64,000 bases of DNA. It comes from Rhodospirillales bacterium. GTDB taxonomy: Bacteria; Pseudomonadota; Alphaproteobacteria; Rhodospirillales; UBA2165. The notes under the pieces were generated by a model that made no database searches, was not told the origin of the DNA, and saw nothing but the letters and a program-made list of their open reading frames with translations. Below are positions 47,589 to 55,458 of the stretch, in pieces (position 1 is the stretch's first letter; every line of letters starts with the position of its first letter). Where the stretch lies: contig JAYGEG010000160.1 in NCBI GenBank assembly GCA_046582495.1, positions 81,236 to 145,235 on the forward strand. The letters run 5' to 3'. Made by a program: the position numbers and the translations under genes.

Positions 47589-48554
47589 CTATTTGCCCTC
47601 GCCATATGAAATGCGTGGGTCAAGCCAGCCATAGGCGATGTCTGCTACCAGATTGCCAAGCAATGTCAAAACAGTGGCGAACATAAAAGCGACCATGGCG
47701 AGGTTGAAGTCATTGCCCATAATCGCATCAAAGATCAGTTTTCCCATGCCGGGATAGGCGAATATCGTTTCAGTGATGAGTGCGCCGGAGAACAAAAAGC
47801 CAAAGTCTAAGGCAAGTATCGTGACCACCGGGATGAGCGCGTTTCTAAGTGCGTGATGCCAGACAACTCGAGCCTCAGTCGCGCCTTTTGCCCGTGCGGT
47901 GCGGATAAAGTCCTGGCGCATCGTTTCCATCATTGCAGCGCGGACAAATCGGGTATGACTGCCGATGCTGGCAATAGTTAAGGTCGCAATTGGCAAGATG
48001 AGAAATTTAGCACTATCCCAAAAGCTCGAGAGCCCGCCGATTGTTTCTGTGCCACTCGCGGGCAACACACCCAGAATAACTGAGAACAGCGTTATTAACA
48101 GCAGTGCCAACCAGAAAGATGGAATGGAAATGCCGGCGAAGGCAGCAAGATTGATCAGATAGTCGGTTCCGGTATATTGCCGGATGGCGGCATAGATACC
48201 AGCCGGCAAGGCGAGCAGAACCGATAAGATAAAACTAATACCGAGTAAAATAACGGTGTTGCCAAGGGCTGGCCACAAAACAGTAAGGACAGGTTTCACA
48301 TGAAGGCGCGAAAAGCCAAAATCGCCGCCAATAGCTGCGGTCAACCAATTCACATATCGTTCCGTGATGGGGCGGTCGAGTCCGTAGAGTTCTCGTAAGC
48401 GAATTGCATCTTGGGCCGTGAGTTTAGGGTCCGCGCTGATCATCAGATCGATTGGGTCGCCCGGCATCAAACCCATCAGCCAATAGATGACAAAAGACAT
48501 CATCGCCAAAACGATCAGGGATTGAAGCAATCTATCTAACAGATATCGCGCCAC
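47589..48554 (-). CDS. ABC transporter permease (DppB/OppB type)
   Basis: The N-terminus 'ARYLLDRLLQSLIVL' and the region 'QDFIRTARAKGA' are typical. GTG start. It directly abuts the next permease gene. Confidence 0.85.
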   Translation of the reverse strand: MARYLLDRLLQSLIVLAMMSFVIYWLMGLMPGDPIDLMISADPKLTAQDAIRLRELYGLDRPITERYVNWLTAAIGGDFGFSRLHVKPVLTVLWPALGNTVILLGISFILSVLLALPAGIYAAIRQYTGTDYLINLAAFAGISIPSFWLALLLITLFSVILGVLPASGTETIGGLSSFWDSAKFLILPIATLTIASIGSHTRFVRAAMMETMRQDFIRTARAKGATEARVVWHHALRNALIPVVTILALDFGFLFSGALITETIFAYPGMGKLIFDAIMGNDFNLAMVAFMFATVLTLLGNLVADIAYGWLDPRISYGEGK

Positions 48555-48573
48555 GTCAGTTTCTCTTTCTCAT

Positions 48574-48597
48574 AAAAAAACCTGCCAATTGGCAGGT
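48574..48597 (-). terminator. Rho-independent terminator after the flaF-like gene
   Basis: acctgcc (48580-48586) pairs with ggcaggt (48591-48597) around loop aatt. On the minus strand it is followed by a seven-T run (48574-48580, the last base shared with the stem). It lies only ~20 nt upstream of the permease start. Confidence 0.6.
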
Positions 48598-48648
48598 CAT
48601 TTTAGAACGTTCCGGCGATTATGGCGACCGCCGGTGTATCGGGGGATA

Positions 48649-48960
48649 TTAAGCGCCTTCCATCAGGCCTTCAGCAATATTCAAATTTATATTGGTCAGA
48701 CCTCTTGAAGTTTGTTTATCAACGAAAATGCTAAGGCTCATCAGATTGGCTTTGAGCTCTTCCGGAAGCGCATTGTCCTTTTCGGCGACATCAGCTTGGA
48801 TAATTGACCATAGCAACTGATTGTATTTCAGCGCTCTTTCACCCATTTCGGTATCGTCTACTTTCTGGCGAGCTTGACCTAAAACATACGCTGCTTGCGA
48901 AAATGCGGCAGCATCCATCTCACGCTTATTGTCAAATTGAACTTTTGCTTCGTCAGCCAT
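48649..48960 (-). CDS. FlaF-like flagellar biosynthesis regulator (orphan)
   Basis: 'YNQLLWSIIQADVAEKDNALPEELKANLMSLSIFVDKQTS...NLNIAEGLMEG' follows the FlaF pattern I recall (N-x-x-LW...N-x-LP-x-x-L+A-x-x-x-SL-x-x-W/F-V). SD 'agggga' lies 8 nt upstream. Confidence 0.5.
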   Translation of the reverse strand: MADEAKVQFDNKREMDAAAFSQAAYVLGQARQKVDDTEMGERALKYNQLLWSIIQADVAEKDNALPEELKANLMSLSIFVDKQTSRGLTNINLNIAEGLMEGA

Positions 48961-49101
48961 GTGGTAATCCCCTAAATTGGCATCATTATCAGCATTCGAC
49001 CCTAATCGAATAGGCTAAATAAAATGTTAAAAAAATATACGGCATTTTTTCGGCTATGTACAAATTTTGTTAGCGTTTTTATACATTACTGAAAAAAGTT
49101 C

Positions 49102-50067
49102 TTATTTTTCAGGACTTACAGCTATCGGGCAGGCTGCGAGGTGGGAGGCATCTTGAGACCCGATATAATCCAATAGAGGTATCGTTTCACGGCAAGAATT
49201 CGCCATTTTTGGGCATCTTGGGTGGTAGGCACATCCACTCGGAGGAGACAGCGGACTGGCTGCCTCGCCGCGCAGCAACAGGCTCTTTTTGCGCTTGCCG
49301 CGCCCGATAATTGGAGCCGCTGATATCAATGCCTGCGTGTAGGGGTGAATTGGATTTTTAAAAATTGATTCGGATTGGCCAATTTCTACGATTTTCCCTA
49401 AATACATGACGATAACTCGGTCAGCGAGATGGGCGACGGATGCTAAATCGTGACTGATGAACAAATAGGTTAAATTTCGCTCTTTTTTCAGATTTACCAG
49501 TAGATTTATAATTTGGCTTTGGATCGATACATCGAGGGCGGAAAGCGGCTCATCGGCGATGATGATTTCAGGGTCGGAAATGATGGCGCGAGCAATTGCG
49601 ATACGCTGACGCTGCCCGCCGCTGAATTGATGAGGATATTTCATCATGTCACTTTCTTGAAGGCCAACGCTTTCAAGAGTTTCAATCACGCGTCGGCATT
49701 TTTCGGCAGCATTTCCAATTTTATGAATAACGAGAGGCTCCGAAATAATATCGCCAACCGTCAATCTTGGATTAAGCGAGGCATAAGGATCCTGGAAAAT
49801 CATTTGAATGTTTTTTCTTAAATCAGTGCCTCTATATTCAATGGTGCCGTTGTCAGGCTGATGAAGCCCGGTGATAACGCGCGCCAAAGTTGACTTTCCG
49901 CAGCCTGACTCGCCGACGATAGCCAGCGTTTCTCCCGCCTCAAGTGTCAGCGATATGTCGTTTAAGGCATGGACCGTTCCCCGTGAGGCGCCAAACAATC
50001 CCGGTGCTTTTAACTCGAAGCGCTTAACAAGATTGTCGATTTTTAATAACGCTGCAGTTTCCGTCAT
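49102..50067 (-). CDS. ABC transporter ATP-binding protein (DppF/OppF type)
   Basis: Walker A 'GESGCGKST', signature 'FSGGQRQRIAIARA', Walker B 'IIADEPLSALD' and an Opp C-terminal extension are present. Confidence 0.9.
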   Translation of the reverse strand: MTETAALLKIDNLVKRFELKAPGLFGASRGTVHALNDISLTLEAGETLAIVGESGCGKSTLARVITGLHQPDNGTIEYRGTDLRKNIQMIFQDPYASLNPRLTVGDIISEPLVIHKIGNAAEKCRRVIETLESVGLQESDMMKYPHQFSGGQRQRIAIARAIISDPEIIIADEPLSALDVSIQSQIINLLVNLKKERNLTYLFISHDLASVAHLADRVIVMYLGKIVEIGQSESIFKNPIHPYTQALISAAPIIGRGKRKKSLLLRGEAASPLSPPSGCAYHPRCPKMANSCRETIPLLDYIGSQDASHLAACPIAVSPEK

Positions 50068-51041
50068 ATCGGCTCTTCAAGTTTTAAGCAGGCGGCGCGT
50101 TGCCTTGGGGCGAGTTCAAAGGTCGGAATATCGTGCAGATGGCATTCGGATATCGCTTCGCTGCAACGCGGCGCAAATCGGCAGCCTTGCAATTGGTCAT
50201 AGCGGGTCGGTACGCTGCCCTCAATTGTCGTGAGCTGCTTTCCTCGGTGTTCGGGCCCCGGCAAGGTCGATAGCAATCCTTTGGTATAAGGGTGCTCGGG
50301 TGCTTCGAATATTATCGGCGCCGGCGAGGTTTCCATCAATCGTCCGCCATACATCACCATAACATCATCAGCAATTTCGGAGACGACGCCAAGATTATGA
50401 CTGATGAACAGGATCGCCATTTTAAATTCTTCCTGCAGGTCGATCAGGAGATCAAGGATTTGAGCCTGCACCGTTGTGTCCAAGGCCGTCGTCGCTTCGT
50501 CAGCGATCAAGATGTCTGGCTCGCATATCAACGCCATTGCAATAACCGCGCGCTGGCGCATGCCGCCGGATAGATTATGTGGGTAGTCCTGAGCCCGCAA
50601 AGCTGCATCCGGGATGCCGACGCGGTCCAGCATCGAAATTGCCTTTTGATTGGCTTCTTGTTTGGAGCAATCACTATGAATTAAAAGAGCTTCGGCAATT
50701 TGCGCACCGATCGTCAAAACCGGATTGAGCGCCGTCATCGGTTCCTGGAAGATCATCGCGATCGTGTTGCCACGGAGTTGCCGCATCGGTTCCTTTGCTA
50801 ATTGGAGGATATCTTCTCCATTCAGGTAGATTTCGCCGGCAGAAATTTTTCCAGGCGCAGGAATCAGACGCAACAGCGATAGCGCTGTAAGAGATTTGCC
50901 GCTGCCGCTTTCACCGACCAGTCCCAAGGTTTTTCCGGCCTCCAATTCAAAAGATAATTCCGAGACCGCGCGAAACAGGCCATCTTCTAATTGGAAGCTG
51001 ATTTCCAAATCTTTGACCGAAAGGAGGGGGACGCTATTCAT
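50064..51041 (-). CDS. ABC transporter ATP-binding protein (DppD/OppD type)
   Basis: Walker A 'GESGSGKS', signature '[12 protein letters not shown]' and Walker B '[11 protein letters not shown]' are present. It has a 4-nt overlap with the next ATPase gene and an 8-nt overlap with the upstream fusion gene. Confidence 0.9.
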   Translation of the reverse strand: MNSVPLLSVKDLEISFQLEDGLFRAVSELSFELEAGKTLGLVGESGSGKSLTALSLLRLIPAPGKISAGEIYLNGEDILQLAKEPMRQLRGNTIAMIFQEPMTALNPVLTIGAQIAEALLIHSDCSKQEANQKAISMLDRVGIPDAALRAQDYPHNLSGGMRQRAVIAMALICEPDILIADEATTALDTTVQAQILDLLIDLQEEFKMAILFISHNLGVVSEIADDVMVMYGGRLMETSPAPIIFEAPEHPYTKGLLSTLPGPEHRGKQLTTIEGSVPTRYDQLQGCRFAPRCSEAISECHLHDIPTFELAPRQRAACLKLEEPI

Positions 51042-53937
51042 TTTCGGCTTCCAACATGTTCGCCTCTTTCAAATGCAGAGGATTGATATGCTCATGGGCT
51101 AAATCAGGTTCGCCGCAATGTTCCAAAATAGCTGACCTGACACGGTTCCGTAAATCTATCGCAGATTGCCAGCTTTGGTCAGCACTAGATGTCTCAGGCG
51201 TAATCGACGGCAAAATTTCAACCTGGATGCGTCCGGGACGAGGAAAGCCTGTATCATCTCGCAATATGGCGCGCGTGCCACGCAACGCTATCGGGACAAT
51301 CACTGCCTTAGCATTGGTGGCGGATGTGAAAGCGCCCATTTGAAAAGGCAGCAGGCCTGTCATTCTGGTGAATGTCCCTTCGGGGAAATACACCAATTGG
51401 CGATCCTGTTCGATTGCCTCTGTCACCAAATCGGAATCCTCGACGCTTTTTGATTTTTGAAAGCGCTCGACAAACACGGTTCCGAGTCTTGTCAAAAATA
51501 GGCGCGAGATGAAATTGCCAGCCAGTTCGGACTTTGCGACAAATCCTGGCATACCCGGAAGTAATGAAATCAGTGCGGCAGCATCAACGTAACTCGCGTG
51601 GTTGGAGACAAATATAAATCGCTGGTCCTGTGGGATGTTTTTTTGTCCCGATATGGAAAGCTGTATGTTGCCAAGCCGAAACACCAGCCAAAGAATAACC
51701 CGCAAAAACGCAAACCGTAATGCCTTTATCGGCAACAGAGCCGTGGCGATCCAGGCGATTGGGGTTGCCACCGCCATTAGTGCATACATATAAATTGCGT
51801 AGGCCCAGGAAACTGTGGAACGGACAGCCTGTTGAAAGCTCGGTCGAATGCCGGCTACCGCCAATCTAAATATTTGCCATTTTACCGACATTCGGGATTG
51901 GTTCGCTGTAAGCCCTTGTTCGAATAATGCTCGTGCTGCGGCGCGGCGAATTTTGCCGCTCGAGGTCTTGGGCACTGTTCGGGGTGGGACCAGCTCGATT
52001 TGATCCGGCGGCGTGCCGGTTAAATCAAGTGCAATGGATCTGATCTCTGAAATCATTTTCTGTTGAGCATCTTTGCCTCGCCTTCGAGATTCTGCCATCA
52101 CGACAAGTCGTTCCGTGCCGGAAGTTGGATCTGGGCTGCCAAAGACCGCGACATTGCCTTTCTGAATGCCGTCAATCAAACCGACCGCTTCTTCTAATTC
52201 GACGGGGAATATGTTTCTGCCAGCTCGAATGATCAAATCTTTCTGACGGCCCGTAATAAATATCTCGCCATCCGCCATATAGCCGAGGTCGCCGGCATTG
52301 CGCCAATCGCCGTCCATCAAATCATTCGTTGCCTGTGCATTGCGGATATAGCCCGAGGTAGAGGAGGGGCCAAAAAATTGAACCTGGCCTTCCTGGCGTT
52401 CCGGCAGCTCATGTCCGGTTGGGCCGACGATCCTGATTTGATGGCCGGGCAAAGCACTGCCGCAAGAAGGAATTTCCATGGCGCTTTCATCCTCAAATTT
52501 GGACGGCCGGGCGATACCGGACTTCATAAATGTATCGCGGTCAATTTTATCGATGCGGGGCCCGCGTTCGAGAGGTGAAAAAGATAAGCCGACCGAGTTC
52601 TCTGCCAGACCATAGACAGGCTTCATCGCCTCAGCGCGAAATCCATATCGAGCAAAGCGTTCGGTAAATTGTGCCATTGTTTTGGGGCTAACCGCTTCAG
52701 CACCATTAAACGCCACCCGCCATGAGCTTAGATCCAAGCCTTCCAAATCTTCGTCTTTCAATCGATTGACGCAGGCTTCATAGGCAAAATTCGGCGCGCC
52801 GGAGATCGTTCCTTTATAGCGATGGATGGCTTGCAACCAGCGTTGCGGACGCGCCAGAAAACTCAGCGGAGACATAATAACCAACGGAACGGCATGGGTT
52901 AGACTGCCAAGCCACGCTCCGATCAATCCCATATCGTGATAGAGCGGCAGCCAGGAGATAAAAACATCTTCGCAGGTTGCGTTGAGCGCTTTTCCCATCA
53001 CGCGCACATTGCTGACGAGATTGCTGTGACTTAGGACCACGCCTTTAGGGTCGCCCGTGCTGCCCGACGTAAACTGCAAAAAAGCGGTATCGGATTCTAC
53101 AGGCTCTGGAAAACGACTAAGCGGCGCGGCGCTCATGAGTTCATCACAGGTTATCACGTCTCGAAGCGATGGCACTTGAGCGGATAATAAATGTGAGAAC
53201 ATTTTGGCTTCTGGCACGGTAATCATCAGGCCAGCCAGAGCGGTATCCGCAATTTTGGCATGGCGTAAAATATGATCTTCTAATTGTTGAGGACGTCCAG
53301 GAGGATAAATCGGTACCGGCACACCACCGGCGAGCAGCACGCCGAAAAAACTAATGAAATAATCGCGCCCGGTTGGCAGCATCAATAGAACGGATTCGCC
53401 CGGCGACAAGTGGCGTTCAATCAATCCGGCAGCGATTTTTTCGGCTTCGACCAATAATTCACCGTAGGTGATTGTCTCTGCCGGGACATCCTCTGAGTTT
53501 GTGTCTGAATAAAGATGGATATGGATGCGCTCGGGATGCTGGGCAGCGTGCCATTTCAGAATCGCATTCAAAGTGCCGAGCTCCTCAGGGGCAGGCGCTG
53601 CTTTCTCAGGTTGCTGAGTTTTGATCGTCGTGAGTGTTGCAGAAGCAACTTCTGATCCACCCGCTTCCATGAGAATATCTTTGAGGGTATCGGATTGACT
53701 GAGCGCCCGTTCTGAAAAAGTAATTTTAAACTCTTGTTCTACGCGATGGAGGAGTTCAAGGCGTGATAGACTGTCGAAACCAAGATCGCGCTCTAACGAT
53801 TTTTCAAGTGAAACGATTTCGGACAATTTCTGTCCCGGGTGAAGCTCCTCCGCCAGTTCGGCTGCGAGGGCCAGCAGGCGCTCCGGTGAAACAACGGGTG
53901 AGAGATTATTCGAGATATTATTAGAGGTTTCGCTCAT
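51034..53937 (-). CDS. Tri-domain fusion: acyl carrier protein + fatty-acyl-AMP ligase (FAAL-type adenylation) + TM segment + PlsC/LPLAT acyltransferase
   Basis: ACP: 'LGFDSLSRLEL' (Ser56). Adenylation: 'FTSGSTGDPKGV', 'SWLPLYHDMGLIG', 'YGLAENS', 'GDLGYMADGEIFITGRQKDLII', 'KTSSGKIRR'. A hydrophobic stretch spans about aa 708-755. LPLAT: 'NHASYVD' (HX4D, aa 779-785), 'FPEGTFTR', 'VIVPIALRGT'. Confidence 0.85.
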   Translation of the reverse strand: MSETSNNISNNLSPVVSPERLLALAAELAEELHPGQKLSEIVSLEKSLERDLGFDSLSRLELLHRVEQEFKITFSERALSQSDTLKDILMEAGGSEVASATLTTIKTQQPEKAAPAPEELGTLNAILKWHAAQHPERIHIHLYSDTNSEDVPAETITYGELLVEAEKIAAGLIERHLSPGESVLLMLPTGRDYFISFFGVLLAGGVPVPIYPPGRPQQLEDHILRHAKIADTALAGLMITVPEAKMFSHLLSAQVPSLRDVITCDELMSAAPLSRFPEPVESDTAFLQFTSGSTGDPKGVVLSHSNLVSNVRVMGKALNATCEDVFISWLPLYHDMGLIGAWLGSLTHAVPLVIMSPLSFLARPQRWLQAIHRYKGTISGAPNFAYEACVNRLKDEDLEGLDLSSWRVAFNGAEAVSPKTMAQFTERFARYGFRAEAMKPVYGLAENSVGLSFSPLERGPRIDKIDRDTFMKSGIARPSKFEDESAMEIPSCGSALPGHQIRIVGPTGHELPERQEGQVQFFGPSSTSGYIRNAQATNDLMDGDWRNAGDLGYMADGEIFITGRQKDLIIRAGRNIFPVELEEAVGLIDGIQKGNVAVFGSPDPTSGTERLVVMAESRRRGKDAQQKMISEIRSIALDLTGTPPDQIELVPPRTVPKTSSGKIRRAAARALFEQGLTANQSRMSVKWQIFRLAVAGIRPSFQQAVRSTVSWAYAIYMYALMAVATPIAWIATALLPIKALRFAFLRVILWLVFRLGNIQLSISGQKNIPQDQRFIFVSNHASYVDAAALISLLPGMPGFVAKSELAGNFISRLFLTRLGTVFVERFQKSKSVEDSDLVTEAIEQDRQLVYFPEGTFTRMTGLLPFQMGAFTSATNAKAVIVPIALRGTRAILRDDTGFPRPGRIQVEILPSITPETSSADQSWQSAIDLRNRVRSAILEHCGEPDLAHEHINPLHLKEANMLEAENE

Positions 53938-54125
53938 TGACTAAAACTACTCTAATTTCTAGTCTTTCGCTATGCAGCATTGTGGTGACATTGGTCACAG
54001 ATTACTGATCATTCTTTTGCCATAATTACTGCACATATATTGAATTCGGTCGGCAAAAAATCAATTTATAGAGTGTAAACGAGTCTGTATAATTCAATAA
54101 TCAAAATTAAATAGCGTGGAAAACA

Positions 54126-54503
54126 ATGAATAGATTTCTCAAATTTGGTTTGATAGCAGTGTTGGTGTCGTCAGGCACGCTAGGCTTTTCTTTTGGTAAA
54201 GCCTCGGCGAGTGAACGAGTGCATCTGTCCCCCTTCATGGTCAATGTGATTGAAGACGGCGGCAAAAAAACAGGTCAGCTGCCGATTTCTGTTTATCTTG
54301 ATCTCAAAGATGTAGAGTCAGCGAGATATGTCTGTGGCATCGCACCCAGAATTCGGGCTCAAATTACCCGAAATTTGGTCTCTGATAGATATCAATTGGA
54401 TCGCAAGGGCAGATTACCATTAGCTAAAATTCGGCTCAAACTCTGGCCAATTGCCTATAGAGTTATAAAAAATGTGAAACTACAAAATATGCTGGTTGCA
54501 TAA
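54126..54503 (+). CDS. Small secreted/anchored protein, weakly FliL-like
   Basis: It has an N-terminal hydrophobic signal or anchor. 'HLSPFMVNVIEDGG...LPISVYLDLKD...APRIRAQITRNL' resembles the FliL core pattern. Recognition is weak. Confidence 0.35.
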   Translation: MNRFLKFGLIAVLVSSGTLGFSFGKASASERVHLSPFMVNVIEDGGKKTGQLPISVYLDLKDVESARYVCGIAPRIRAQITRNLVSDRYQLDRKGRLPLAKIRLKLWPIAYRVIKNVKLQNMLVA

Positions 54504-54592
54504 GGCACAGGCAAGGTTAGTAGTTCTGAAGCACGTATGTTTACCCGGCGAGATTGCCGCCGTCTTTCGAAAGGGAAATAGTTGAGGTAACC

Positions 54593-54627
54593 TCCCTCCA
54601 AATTGTTATATTTTTTATTTGGAGGGA
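54593..54627 (+). promoter_or_regulatory. Hairpin that pairs the Shine-Dalgarno of the alpha/beta hydrolase gene
   Basis: tccctccaaa (54593-54602) pairs perfectly with tttggaggga (54618-54627) around a 15-nt AT-rich loop. The 3' arm contains GGAGGG (54621-54626), 4 nt before the ATG at 54631. Confidence 0.45.
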
Positions 54628-54630
54628 TTT

Positions 54631-55449
54631 ATGGGGTTCGATGGCACCTTTGCAGCTTGCAGTGATATCAAAATTTTTTATGGCATAAGCGGCAGCGGAC
54701 CGCGGCTCCTATATATCAGTGGAACCGGCGGTGATCTAAGACGTCCTCAGAATGCCTTAACCTCAAGTTTTCCAGATCATTTTGAAACGCTCAGCTATGA
54801 TCAGCGCGGGCTCGCGCAGACCGATAAGCCTGACGCTCTCTACAGCATGGCACAATACTGCGAAGATGCCGCAAATCTGCTGGATGTTGTTGGCTGGGAC
54901 AGTTGTTTTGTTATGGGAATTTCTTTTGGCGGCATGGTCGCTCAGGAACTCGCCATTCGGCATCCGGGCCGCGTTAAAAAGCTCGTGCTTGGCTGCACTT
55001 CCACCGGAGGCGCGGGCGGATCATCCTATCCGCTTCACGAATTACAGGACATGCCGCTTGAAGAAAAAATAAAATTTCGAATGTCAAAAAATGACACGCG
55101 CCTGAACGAGCAATGGCAGCAGGACAATCCTGAAAAATTCCAGGAGCTTTTTGATAAGGCGCTAGAGACGGCAAATTTCGCCAAAGATGATCCGGGCAAG
55201 GCGATGGGCTCAAGGCGTCAGCTTGAAGCGCGCGCGGAACACGATACCTTTGACAGGGTAGTGGATTTAACAATGCCGGTATTGGTCTGCGGCGGGCGTT
55301 ATGACGGACAGGCTGAGCCCCAAGTCGTCGAAAATCTTGCAAAACGAATTCCGGGTGCTGAGCTGGCCTATTTCGAAGGCGGACATTTTTTCTTAGCGCA
55401 AGACCTCGCCGCATCACAAAAGATAACTGAATTTTTACTATCGGAATAA
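54631..55449 (+). CDS. Alpha/beta-fold hydrolase
   Basis: Nucleophile elbow 'GISFGG', an oxyanion-region N-terminus and a C-terminal 'GGHF' (catalytic His) are present. The start is set at ATG 54631; the track ORF begins at TTG 54619. Confidence 0.8.
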   Translation: MGFDGTFAACSDIKIFYGISGSGPRLLYISGTGGDLRRPQNALTSSFPDHFETLSYDQRGLAQTDKPDALYSMAQYCEDAANLLDVVGWDSCFVMGISFGGMVAQELAIRHPGRVKKLVLGCTSTGGAGGSSYPLHELQDMPLEEKIKFRMSKNDTRLNEQWQQDNPEKFQELFDKALETANFAKDDPGKAMGSRRQLEARAEHDTFDRVVDLTMPVLVCGGRYDGQAEPQVVENLAKRIPGAELAYFEGGHFFLAQDLAASQKITEFLLSE

Positions 55450-55458
55450 AATAAAAAC

